Below the pieces are notes generated by a model. The model worked only from the letters and a program-made list of their open reading frames with translations. It was not told the DNA's origin and did no database searches. Position numbers and translations under genes: made by a program. DNA of 64,000 nt from the human T2T-CHM13v2.0 reference genome, Homo sapiens: the NCBI RefSeq assembly GCF_009914755.1, contig NC_060942.1. One strand, 5' to 3'. Positions 11,398 to 24,000 of the stretch are shown piece after piece (position 1 is the stretch's first letter; the number at the start of each line of letters is the position of its first letter).

Positions 11398-13949
11398 CTA
11401 CGTGAAGTTCCTGACACTGCCTGACATGTGGTAGAGGATCACACCAATGAGTTTTTTTCCCCTTTTCTTCCCTAGATACCTTAAATCTTACCCACGTGAA
11501 AGTTGATGAACAGTGCAGTACAGAACATGGCAAGGGCCAGATTAGCAAAGCAGAGAAGTCAGAGATGCAGAATTTGACAATGCCAGTCCATTTGGAGCAG
11601 TAAGGAAAGGATTCTGCAAATTGGTGGAAACTGAACTAGGAGTAAATCAGGAGAGAGGGTAAGAAACTTGTGGAGATAGGACAAACCCTGTAGCTCTTAG
11701 AGAGAGTTGACCCAAATTTAGTCTGTTTGAAGAATCAGGGAATTCACATTGTTTGTCATGGTTTATGGATTAAAGACAATCATCAGCAAGGATGTCATGA
11801 CTGCCTGCCATGTGACTTAGCAAAAAGGGAGGAGAAAGAAGAAAAGGCAGTAAGAACAAAGAGGAAGAGAAGAAGAATGAAGAGGAGAGGAGGTTTAAGA
11901 GGAAGAGGAGAAAGAGGGATAGGAGAGAAGAAAAATGATTAGTGTCACAGACACCAAAATTATAGTTTGAAAGGGTAAATCTGAAATGAGGCCATTAAAT
12001 CCAATAGCTTCATCATCAATGCCACTAGACTGAGTTGTTCTAAGCAACATTTTGTTATAATATATGAGCTGGGTGAAGCTGATTAGCTAAGCCTATATCA
12101 TACAGTACAGGAAAACTCAACAAAGGTTTACTCATTTGAAAAGAAAACATTGAGTCTTGGCCAAGTTAGAAATGAATATTCCATGTGAAAAAAAAGTGTT
12201 AAATACGGTAATGATGGAAGAAAATCTTCTATAATTATTGCTCCATATGTTACCACCTTCAAGGGAAAATATACACATATAATCCCCCCATATGAATTTC
12301 CAGATCTATTTTTTAAAGTGAGCAGCCCCAGGTTAAAAGCAAAGGAGCATTATTCAATGATTGTCAGTTGCAAGCCTTGCAAGGGGATCAGCCCCAACTC
12401 CAGAATAAGCCTGGAGAAAACCAGGGAAAGATAATCAGCTCTTTGGGATTCACGGATCACAGAGGGCTGGAGAGCATCATGGTTTTCTCAGGCTAGAAGG
12501 AGCATTCAGAGATCATTATGTCCATTCCCCTTCCCCTAGGCAACTCCATTTGCTCTTTCACGGCAAAATAATATTTTACATGCAAGATAGAGCTAGAGGC
12601 ACAACAAGTATTATAAATAGGTGATGGAAAACAGGAGGAATGCAGAGGTTTCTCCCACTTACAATTATAAAATGTCCCAACTGCATCTGTCTAGTACATT
12701 TCTGCCTCCCCAGTAATTAGTGTAGCATCTGACACATCATAAGTACTCAGTAAATATCTGTGACAGGAGTGAAGAAACATCCTATGCTGCCTGGAATTTC
12801 TCTTCACTTTTGTTCTTTGAGATCTCTCAGAAAATTTAGGATTCAACTACCCTCTCTCTGGACCATCGTTTTAGCCAGAGTTTCTCAATTTTTTTATAAA
12901 TTTTCAAAAATTTCTTCTGTATGATGAGGATTTTGTGTGTATGTGTGATTGCCACATACCTCAAAGGCCACACAAAATTCTTTGTATCATTCTGACAAAG
13001 CATGTTATATTGGTCCATTTGTATTTCATCAATGCATCTGTAATAAAACTTTAGAAAATCCATCAGCCATCCAGATGAGCCAATGCCACTTGTTACTAAA
13101 CATCTGAATGACACTGAAGACCTACAGCTCACCTTCAGAGAACCAGGACTGGCTTCTTAGAGACACTGGAAGATGAAGAATCCTGAAGATGAACCACAGG
13201 GGAGCCAGGAAGCCCAAGTGAAAGTAGTCAGAGGGTGCAGCATTCTCAGAAACTCAGGAAGCGGACTTGAGAATTTGGTTGGGGTAAGACAAAGGGGACC
13301 AAGAGAGGAAAGGAGGATCTATCATGAAAGACCAAAACATAAAATAGATTGAGCCAATTAGTTCTTTACATTTACAAAGATGATTAAATCAATGAGTTCT
13401 CTACCATTTAGAAATATGAAGGCTAAAGAAGAGAAAACTCACATCTGCCATTAAACCATATTTTTGTATGAGATAGAATATAAATTGATAAATAAAATAT
13501 TGTTGATAGGGACTTATGACAGATTGTTTAGAAAATCTAATGGAATCTCTAACAAATTTTCCCTCATATTTGTTTGAATACTAGGGAGCAGCTCACCTAC
13601 TCCATTTCAACTGAGACCATTTTAGTTGACAGACATTTTTTTTTATTTTGAGATTAAAGTGTCTCCTGGGTCTTACTGGTCCTAGTTCTGTCTTCAGGGA
13701 TAATTCAATACAAATTCACAAAGTGATAATTACTATAAACTTTCTGTAAGAAAGGCTCTCTCCATTTCTCCACCAAAGCATTAAGGAGGTACTTCTAGGG
13801 GAAGCAGAACACGGTCATTTTAACCCCATCATTTGACTGCACCCTACAAGGCCTTTGACCAATTACGGCTTTTTATTCCAAGAAATAAATAAGTACTGCA
13901 ATAAATAATCAACAGAGATAAATTGAGAAAAGATAAAGCAGCACTCAGC

Positions 13950-14330
13950 AAAATTAAGAGAAAAATTGAAGAATCCCATCATGTTAAACTTCCAAAATTG
14001 CAAAAATTGACTTAGGAATTTTAGACTTAGAAGAAATAATCATTGCAAAATGAAAGTGGCAATGGCTAAAACTGCATTGTGAAAAAAAATGTGTTATTGA
14101 CTGAAATTGACACAATTATCTAATCTTCTTGCCCAAATTTTGATCTGTAGAATCTGATTTAGGACAAGTGGACCTAGTAGAAATAACTATCAAGAAAGAA
14201 AATAAAGACTGGTAGAAGCATTCTTGTAACATTTTATATAGATGATTGATGAATCAAATCATGTTTCTACATTTTATCATGAAGAATTGTTTCTGAATGA
14301 AATAATTTTAATTACATAAAATAAAACTGG
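13950..14330 (+). mobile_element. Possible very old RTE-clade LINE fragment (RT C-terminal region)
   Basis: Frameshifted translation gives KVAMAKTAL*KK..VLLT, then TIKKENK/RLVEAF, then EELF. These are in the same order as the RTE motifs RIAMAKTAF.KK..LLT, TWT.KK....RLEAF and NEEVL. Confidence 0.35.
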
Positions 14331-15394
14331 ATAAAAATGAAAAGAGTAAACAGTTTAATTGCACATATAGAAAACTGACCAAGGCATTAAATTGGCTTAA
14401 CTGATTTTAATCCCAAAATACTTTTTCAATGAAAACTCATCCTTTAAAATCTACTATATCAGCATTTGTGTAATTCTGATTTATCAACTAGGAGTTCAAA
14501 CGTTATTACTGCCTAAATGTTGAGGTCAACAAAGCACTGGATTGTCTGCAATTCTCTTCAAAGAACACTAGAAACTCATATTCCTATAAACAGGCTTCTA
14601 GCAAAGTTTAGACCTATCTATAATAAATCCAACATCTATGTTAATGGAATGTTAGGATCTTTGACATCTAACTCTTGTTCAAAAAGAGGAAGTTATATTA
14701 AATGGCCCTGATACTGCTCCAGGGTGGCCCCTATAATGTTTCTTATATTTGAATACCACATATTCAATAAACAAATATCTACTGTGTATCTACTTTATGG
14801 CATATCCTGGATTAAACACTGAGGATACAGAACTGAGCCATGCAAACTGAGCCTTGCCCTAGGAATTTATGAAGAAGCTTGCTCCAGAGAGCAACTGGAA
14901 GAGATAGCCCCAGGAACATATGAACTCGATGTCCTTACCCAAGTCATGCTGTGTGAGTCTCCTCCCACCCACTCTTTAATAAGAATAAAAATTTGTGCAA
15001 ATTGACATCAAGAGCAGGCTCAGTTGAGTCAAGCTTTCTAAAGGAGAGAGTAAGGCTTCACTAGACATGAGCAACCTGAGGACAGAGATAGAGACAGCAG
15101 AGCCTGAGAGTGAACCAGAGAGACACTTTCACCAATGACAAAGTCTGCTATATAGTAAAAGTGAAATCCCCCATTGGTGGTAGCTGCTTTGGTATGATGC
15201 TGGTGGATGGGCAGTTAGGGACCTGCATATTGTACATTCTGAACTCAATACCATGGAACTAGAAAAAGTGTCAGTTGCATAAATATCTCCATCATGCTAA
15301 CAGAAAGCTACTAGGGTCTTCTAGCAAAACCTATCTGTAACAAAGGGAGAGAAATTACCTGTAACTCTTATTTATTTAAAGTCTCATGGGGAAG

Positions 15395-15850
15395 ACTGCC
15401 AGTGGTTCCTCATTATCCATTCTCTTCGTCTTCTTACATTACAGTTGATTTTTCAGCTGGGCAATTGACCATCTAGCTGGAACTGCATTTCCCAACCACA
15501 TGGCTAAATTCTGGGAAATGGGACATTAATGCAATAGATATTGGCAACTTCTGGGTCATGCTATTAAAAGAAAGTTAAAGCCCATTCCTATGGCAGTAAT
15601 AAGAATATAGATGACTGGCTTGAAATATGTGGATGAAAGAGATACCTTGTGTACAGGGACAAATAGCCTTTCCCAATAACATTTCCCAGCCACAGGGACT
15701 TGTCCCAATCATTCTAGGCACCTTGCAGATTTGTGGATAGTCTAAACTCCCAGATCAGCTTAGACTTTCATGGGAGAGAGAAGTTGACTTCTATCTTCAT
15801 TGAACCAAAGAAAGTTTGGCTCCTTGTTAGAACAAAATTTATAGCAGATT
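15395..15850 (+). mobile_element. Old MaLR solo LTR (MLT1J/K-like)
   Basis: TTTCAGCTGGGCAATTGACCATCTAGCTGGAACTGCATTTCCCAACC..ATGGCTAAATTCTGGGAAATG ... AGACTTTCATGGGAGAGAGAAGTTGACTTCTATCTT. Confidence 0.6.
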
Positions 15851-17329
15851 CAATAAAGCCATATTGTATTTTTAATGGCAATGGTTATATCTGAGGAAGT
15901 TTTTGTGTAAGGAAGAGGATATTGCAAGGTTTCTATGTTTGTTCCATCTTGTTCATACTCCATCTGACAGTAAATCTCAGCGCTTCAGAATTTAACAAAC
16001 TCCTCATTGTTTGCACAATTTGTTCGGAGTGAACTGTTTTAGATAATCAGACTTTCCAGTTGACTGAATTATTTTATGTTCTGTAGGAATTAAAAATCCT
16101 CAAAAAAATAGATAATACCTTTTCACCCAGATATTTCACCAGATATCATTTAATCTTTAAGAAATCATATAATACTTCACAAACTTGTATTACCACAGGA
16201 ACATGATTTTAAACAACAATCATTTTTATGTTATAATCAGTAGGATTCTAATTTTTAAAACAATAGAAGAATGATGGAGAACAGAGTTAATCCTACTGTA
16301 TGCACTTATTAAAGCTGCTAGTTTATCAAGTATTTATTGAGTGCTTGATGGCCCCTATGTGTGGTTTTACCACTGAATTCCTACACAAACATGGGCAGCC
16401 GATTCATTTTTTTTTTTGGAACTTATGATTTTTCATCAGTGAAATGAGAGGGCTGAGTGGATAATTCTGAACTGCAGTCATTCTAGTTTTAAAAGACTAT
16501 GATTCTAATAATGGGGCTAAGGCCACAGAATGATGGCTCCTGTCACTCTCAGACTCAGCCCTCTTCTTCTGAACTTTTTCCAGAACTCTTTCTGGATCCA
16601 GATGTCCACAGTTGGAGATATTTCCCTGGAAGCAACATCGTATAATGGCTCCTCCACAGCTTCTTCTACATGTTTAGTTGACAGCAGTAATGTTGCCTCA
16701 GGGCCAAGCCTTTCTCCTGCTGAGGCTATAAATGGGTGTCTAAGCCACCAGCCCTGACTGGACAGTATCTCCTTACACATGCACGTGTGCTCTTGGAATG
16801 GAGACACTTTTGAATTCCAAATTCCCTCCCTCTGTTAGAGAAATTGCTCACCAATAATTCTGCTGACCTCCAAACAAGCCCTTTCCAGGGTGCCCAACCT
16901 CTTTCCTGCATTTCAGCAGGCCAGAGGTGCTTCTCTGCTCTGCCAAGGCTGTGTTCATCTGGTCACAGTGAGAAGACTTGGCGGGTTAATTAGATACTTC
17001 AGATGGGGTGGGAATCCTGCTGCTCAAGATGAAGCAGATTTGTAGGTGAATTAGCCAGACTCCTCTGTGGAGGTTTATTATTAAGACCAGAACTTAATAA
17101 TGCATGTGTTGACAAACTGGATCCATCCTGGCCAGAACTCTGCCTCCAAGAGTAGCCCTGCAGGGCATGTGGAGGGAAGAGTGTGACAGTTGCACAGCAC
17201 AACAGTGTTGCCTCAAGATCAACATCCCTGTAAAAATAGTTTACAGAGTTATAATTCACCAATTAACCCAAAGTCTTTTAAACACATTTATATTTCCAGA
17301 CAATAGCATCTTTGGAATCCCAACCTCAA

Positions 17330-17750
17330 CACTTACTAACTAGGAAAATTTAGTCTAGCTATTTAATTTCTGACTCTTCATCAGGAAGCGGATATTATAA
17401 CTATCTCATAGAGTTATAAAGATTAACTGAGTTAGTATATGTAAAAAGCTTAAAATGCAGTGTGTGCAGTAGGTATTGCATGTTGGTTTTGTGTTTATTA
17501 ATGTCAGGTAACAATTTCTGAATCTATAAGTATGGAAGGCAGCACGGGAGGTAGTGGGCTTTGGAGTTAGACAAACCTGAATTTATGTCTTATCTCTGGT
17601 CCTTTCTAGTTACATGATTTAGGACACATTCTCAATGCCTCTGAGCCTCAATTATTGAATCTGAAAATTGGGATATTAATGGCTACTTGAAAAAGTTGAA
17701 CATATATGTGAAACATCTGGCATATAGTACTTACTAGGAGATCCATAGCT
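17330..17750 (+). mobile_element. Two tandem MIR fragments
   Basis: First: ACTATCTCATAGAGTTATAAAGATTAACTGAGTTAGTATATGTAAAAAGCTTA. Second: GGGCTTTGGAGTTAGACAAACCTGAATTT...CTCTGAGCCTCAATTATTGAATCTGAAAATTGGGAT. Confidence 0.7.
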
Positions 17751-19392
17751 ATGATTACCACTCAACCACCTGCCTTGTCTCTGGAGGAGTCCGAGCTTTA
17801 CTGTGGAATGAGTATGGCTTATGAAGGTGACACCAGCTTTCCTGGGATGCAAGAGCAATAACATTCCTCAGGAGATTTTTTTTTTAATGACATTCACATT
17901 CAACTAAATTGGCTTCTTGTTTCCCTGATTGGAAACAATTTTTTAAATCCTGGTATTAGAGATTCACTCTTATTAAAGATTCTTTGTGATTCTCTCAGGA
18001 GCCTATTGATGTCAGTAGAAAAACTGAAAGAATAACTCAGAACAGTAAAATGGGACTATAGAATGGAATTAGGACATTCTATTTTTAGCACAAAGCAGGT
18101 AAAAGATAACTCAGACCTGGAGCATGTGGTTAATGAGCAGAGGTATTCCTGAAGTGCTACTGAGCACCTTTCTTACTCTGATAAACTTGTCCTCTTCCAG
18201 CCAACTTCTGATAAAGATTCACATATGCTAAATAAGTATGCTAACATTCCTAACCTTTAAAGACATCAGCAAAAGCATTTCCCATTCTAACCACTAGATT
18301 TAATTTATGAGAGGAAAATTAAAAACATGCATTTAGATGACATGAAGCTGGTCAAGGTATGAAGCATTTAAGCATGTAGAACTGGAGAGAAAACATGGCC
18401 CAGCAGGCATGAGCTCAGGGCCTTTTCTGATTATTTGCTTTCCCCATTTTTACGTAATATCAGTAGATTAAATATTTAAATATTAAAACAAAGCCATAAG
18501 TAACATTGGAAGAATATACAGGAAAATATTTGGGTAGGAAAGATCTTCCTATGCGAGAACAAACCCAGAAGGCATAAAGCACACCACAACCTGTGTCTTT
18601 ATAATATGACTATGTGACGCAACTTAACAAACCTCTGTAAGACAAAAGATATCATGAACTAAGTTAAAACACAAGTAACACACTTGGAGACAAATAGAAC
18701 ATAGATAATAAAGAAAGGATTAATATCTATAATATATTAAGACCTCTTTCAGCCTATAGTAAAAAGGAAAAGGAACCCAATAAAGGCTAAAATATATTAG
18801 TGAGCAATTCACAAAATAAACACAAACAACAAATTCAAAAGATAAAGCAGATCCCATCCATCAAGGAGATTTGTGGGTGATGGATGGGATTGATGCATAG
18901 GAAGCTCTTTCCTACACAATATTTCCTTGAATGAATACATTCAAGGAAAAAGACTCAATCACTCCAGAAATCAGGGAAATGCAAATTTGAAAACAACTAC
19001 CAGAATCTGTTTTGCACATTGGATACGCAAAAATCAAAAATATTTTTGCCTATGAAGACACAGAGAAACAGGCCCTCTATATACTGTGGAAACACAGTTT
19101 AGTACAGCTTTTATGGCAGGCAATTTTATACTATCTGATATGTATAGCTTTTGGCCCAGAATTCTATTTCTAGGACGCAAGTCTACAGAAATACACAGAT
19201 GCCCAAACTTACATGAACAAAGATATATGCTGCAACATTTCTAATACTGACAAAAAAGGGGGACCGTCAAAATATCCACTAATAGGCAGAAGGTCAAATA
19301 AATTACGGCATATGGGTAAGATGGAATACTATATAACCATTTACAAACACTCTACAGAGCTCTGAACTGATATGGAAATACATCTAAGCTAT

Positions 19393-20110
19393 TGTAGCAG
19401 ATTTGTTTTCTCTAAATGCAGGCAAAAATATCTTCCATTCCACATGCTTTCCTCGCAATATAACTGACTTTCCTCCTACATAGAGATGGGGTTTATGTTC
19501 CCTCCCTTTGAATTTGAGTGGATTTGTGACTCTTCTAACCAATAGTTTATGGTGGGAGTGATGCTATATGACCTCTAAAGCTAGGTTATGAAAGAAGATA
19601 TGGCATCCACCTGGCTTTTTTTGGGGTACACAATCTGGAGAAGCCACCTTTATCCTGTGAGGAAGCCCAAGCTAGCCCACACAGAGAGACCAAATAAAGA
19701 AGGCCACATGAAGAATAACAAAATCCCCCAACCCACAGCCATAATCATTCTCCAGACATGCGAGTAAACCAACTTTCAGATGATTCCAGCTTCCAGCTTT
19801 CAAGTCCTTCAAACTCCAGACATTGGGAAGTAGACACACACCTTCCACAATGTGGACTTTTCAAATAAGGGCCAAAATGTATTAGTGAACAATTCACAAA
19901 ATAAACACAAATGGACAAATTCAAAACATAAAGCAGATCCCATCCACCAAGGAGATTTGTGGGTGATGGATGGGATCCACCCATGCACAGGAAGATCTCC
20001 TTTGTGGCCTTTCCACGTATCTGATCCACAGAATTCATGAACATCATAAATAATTGTTTTATGCCACCAAGTTCTGGGATAATTTCCTATGTGGCCAAAT
20101 AACTAGAACA
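19393..20110 (+). mobile_element. MaLR solo LTR (MLT1G/H-like) carrying a foreign ~135-bp insert
   Basis: TG start; CCCTCCCTTTGAATTTGAGTGGATTTGTGACTC..ACCAATAG..ATGGTGGGAGTGATGCTATATGAC; GTGAGGAAGCCCAAGCTAGCCCAC; ends ATAATTTCCTATGTGGCCAAATAACTAGAACA. Confidence 0.8.
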
Positions 20111-20185
20111 GATACTTTATGTAAAAGATATAAAGTCTCATAGAAATATATGTGGTATAATTCCATGAGAGAGAGAGACGTGTTG

Positions 20186-20449
20186 TGCTATGGTACCCCC
20201 CGTCAAATTCATATGGTAAATCTAACCCCCAAAGTGAGGGTATTAAGAGGTAGAGCCTTTGAACGGTGATTAGGTCTTGAGAACAGAGCTCTTATCAATG
20301 GGATTAGAACCCTTAAAATAGGCTCAAAGGAATTCATTCATTCCTTCCACTATGTAAGAATGCAAACAGAAGGTGTCATCTATAAGAAAGCAAACCCTCA
20401 CCAGACACAAAATCTGCTAGCATCTTGATCTTGGACTTCCCGGCCTAAG

Positions 20450-20453
<4 letters not shown>
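20186..20453 (+). mobile_element. MaLR LTR fragment (MLT1A-like), 3'-truncated
   Basis: TGCTATGG..CCCCCCGTCAAATTCATATG..AAATCTAACCCCCAAAGTGAGGGTATTAAGAGGTAGAGCCTTTG...CCCTCACCAGACACAAAATCTGCTAGCATCTTGATCTTGGACTTCCC. Confidence 0.8.

Positions 20454-20518
<65 letters not shown>
20454..20518. repeat. (TG)32 microsatellite
   Basis: Perfect TG run. Confidence 0.98.
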
Positions 20519-20520
<2 letters not shown>

Positions 20521-20814
20521 TTGTCTACATGCATGGACTGTTGTTTGGAAAGACACACTAAGTTGCAAAGTGTTACCACAAGTGATGGAGGAAAAAAAAT
20601 GGGGCAAGAAGGTAAAAGAGACTTCAAACTCTGACTCTATATATTTCTAGATCGTTTGAATTTTGTGCCACCAGCAAATAATTTAAAGGAAAGAGGGAAG
20701 GAGGAAGGGAAGAAAGCAGGAAAGGAGAAAGAGCAGGCAAGTATTTTTGTTCAGGATCTAAAAAATCTATCTAAATCCATGAATAAATAAAATATACATA
20801 GAATTTAAGGCAAA

Positions 20815-21040
20815 AGGAGAGCATGACTGAACTTTGATAGAGAACTGAGATCCTGACTCTACAACTTATGAGCTGTAGGAACTTGAACAATTTATTCAAT
20901 CCTTTCTAAACCTCACATTTTCCAACTATAAAATGGGGAATGAACTACTTCATATTTTTAGGGTGGCTAAAAGGATAAAATAAGATAAAGTTTGTAAAGC
21001 TGCAGGCACAATGCCTAAAACGTATCATGTTTTCAATGAA
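20815..21040 (+). mobile_element. MIR SINE
   Basis: TCCTGACTCTACAACTTATGAGCTGTAGGAACTTGAACAATTTATTCAATCCTTTCTAAACCTCACATTTTCCAACTATAAAATGGGGA. Confidence 0.7.
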
Positions 21041-24000
21041 GAGGAAGTTTTCTTTACCTTCTGTTTGAAAGAATGGATAAAAGGGCATTCAACTGAGCAA
21101 AAGAGGCAATTCAGGTGACAGGTCCAATGTACAGATCAAAGTAAATAAAATGAAGCTGATTTAAAGTATGTCAGAGGGTTAGAAAGGAAAATTTGAGCTG
21201 ATCATACACAGATATATACATACCATTGTAAGCTGCCCTTTCTTCCCATGCAGCTCAGCCATGCTCAGCTATAGTCGCACCTGTGTTAGTCAAGTTGTAA
21301 TTGTTAGTGTTGCAGGGTGCTGAGCACTTGGCTTTCTTGATTAAGGAAAAATTCAAATTTATTTTCCTCTTACACACAAATTAGTACTTATGGCATTCCT
21401 TAGTTTCTGACCACCTCACAATAATACAGCAAATTTCAAATCTAGGTATTCTGATAGAGACATAATCCAGGGGGAGCAGGATGCACTTGAAAACCCATTA
21501 GAAACACATGCAGAGTGTCCTTTGAAGGCTCAGCTCCACCATCCCCTGTTCTGCCCTAAGTGTAAGAACTTATTCCAAAAGGTTGAATGAAAAGGGAAGA
21601 TAGACTAATGACTAGAAAAAAAAATCAGATACAGCCTTGCCCCGATAGCCCACCCATCATACTTTCAAATAAGCTGATCACTTACAGTAGAGGTTATTTA
21701 GAACAAAGTGGAACTCCAGAGTCCATTTATTTGAATGTATTTCCATTTCAATTACCCTGCTTCAGAAGTTGCCTCTCCTTCCCATCACATAAGGTGAACA
21801 GATGTGATTTTAAGGACTTACTTCACAAACTCCTGCTCTAAAAAAAAAAAAAAAAAAGAGCTGTCTGTACAGAAGAAATGTTGCCCCTTTTGGGGCATAT
21901 GATTCAGAAATTTTTAATAGTTCATTTCTAATCCTACTTTTGTGAGGGAATCATATTAGTTATCTTTCAATATCCTTAGTCATAGGTTCTTAGGTGAGTT
22001 TTTTTTCCCATTCTGTGCTTAAATAGATTTAAGCTGCCTATTCAAGTGAGAAAGCAGAAATCAAGATGACTTTTTGAAATTTTTCATTTCATTTATCATA
22101 ATCACCGGTATACAAAGGAATCCCTCTAACATGAGTTGAAGTTCCTTTTCCAGAAACTAGGAAAGGACAGACAAATCTGAAGAGAACCAAACACATAATT
22201 TCTTGTGAAATACGTACTCTTGTGACAAACAGTACTTTATTTCAAATGATTAGCCAAGATGAGGGCTGCAGTCTGCCCTGAGAGTAAATATGGATAGAGT
22301 TATCATGCATTGTGGACATTTTAGCCATTTGTTCTTTATTTCCAGTGTGTCATAAAAACAATAGAAACATCGGAAAGCAAGATACAAGAAAAATAACAGT
22401 GTACCATAATTTTTCACCTTTTCTACCACTAAGAAAAAGCAATGGCATTATCAACCAACATGTCATTTTTAAGCACTACTTATGCACTAGTATCACCTTG
22501 GGCACTCTGCAAGAAGACAGGACTCTTACCCTCCCTAGGAGGAAGACAAAACTCACACACACACAAATGAAAGCTCAAAAAATGTGATGGTGTTCTGAAT
22601 AATTTTTTTAAATGGGGTGTACTTGCAGGAACAAGGGATGTAGGGGAACTACCTGTACCTTCTGTTCAATTTTTCCTTTCAAGATAAAGTTACTCTTTTA
22701 AAAAAAAGTCAATTATAAATAAACAAATAGGAAGATACAAAGTCTTCTAGAATAAAACTAGGAAGAGAGTCATAGAAGGCTTTCTAGAAGTAATGCATCT
22801 ATGGATGGACCTTGATTTGGGACTTGAGACAGGGTTGAATAGCGATGCACTTAGTGGAATCAGAAAACTACAATAAGCAAAGGCCGGGGGCCCAGAATGT
22901 TTGGTCTTCCCAGAACCCATCCTTATTCTACCAAAAGGAGCATGAGGGAAAGTACTTGGAAATAAGTCTGAAGAATGAAATAACTAGAAGATAAGGTTCT
23001 TGTTTTAAATTATAGTAAGAATCATCATGCCTATATGATGATACCCATATACGCTATATATATGCAAATATAGCTATATGCTATATGCTATAACATGCCT
23101 AGTCAATAGATTCAAAATTAAGGACTAAGTAACTCTGAGACTGAAGCTCTTAGAGTCAAAGCACATGATTTCAGAAAACTTGGAAGTAGCCTTACACAAT
23201 ACTCACCTTTGACTCTAGGTGCCCAGGACAGCCTGTGACATCTCTAGTGCAATAAAGTTGAAGATACGTTAACATTCACATTTCTGTTCAGCAGTACGGA
23301 GGAAACAAGATAGTTTTTCAGAGGGAAAAAAAAAAAAGAAAAAGAAATCCTGAATCCTGCAGAACTTTTGCCTGGAGGGAGGGGTTTAAGAGGAGAGGTG
23401 TCAGGAGAAACTGAAGCAAACAGAAAAAAATAACCTTGGGTAATGATAATTTGAAGAGTAGGAGGAAAGTTTGTGCATTTAATTATGATAACACCAGTTT
23501 GTCAGGAAAGCTAAACTCAACCAGAAAATCCTTAATCATTAACGCTGTCATCCCAAAAAAGCACCTTCTCGTAACTGCCTGTTTGACAGATTCTGGAGGA
23601 CAAAGAGAGCCTGCAGACAGGAAACTGTCAATCCTTCTGCACAGAACATCAGAGAACCCCTCTGAAGAAGGTGAGTGAGCGTGAGCATGCACCTATGGGT
23701 GTATGTGTGTGTGGCGTGGTGTGTTTGCAGAGTGTATATTCATTTTCCCTTTTGCTTCTTACCTTTTGTCCTTGAAGATTCTTTCCTCTCATTGTCTAAA
23801 ACAAATTGGCAATACCCCATTTGCTCCATTGCACTTTCTCTTCTCAGTGCCTTCTGCTCACTTTTTTTCCCAGAAGGTTTAAGTCATCCTCACGGTCAGC
23901 TTCCAAGGGAGCCATGTTATTGAGAACTATTCTTAAGCCACGGTTTCTTTCCAGTATGCTCTTCCACCCTGTCTTCATCTAACCTCGGAATAGAAGCTTC

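Larger units (their letters stand above)
18450..20690 (+). mobile_element. Old L1M (L1ME-like) 3' region, split by two MLT1 LTRs and a (TG)n repeat
   Basis: Motifs from the L1 ORF2 end and 3' region: TCAGGGAAATGCAAATTTGAAAACAAC, TTTTGGCCCAGAATTCTATTTCTAGGA, AAATATCCACTAATAGG..GGTCAAATAAATTACGGCATA..ATGGAATACTAT. The element resumes at about 20111-20170 and 20520-20690. Confidence 0.75.

Noticed and set aside
23030-23100. Short imperfect (GCTATAT)n repeat, and a 13-bp tandem duplication AGCATGAGCTC near 45503-45527
   Set aside because: Ordinary slippage products.
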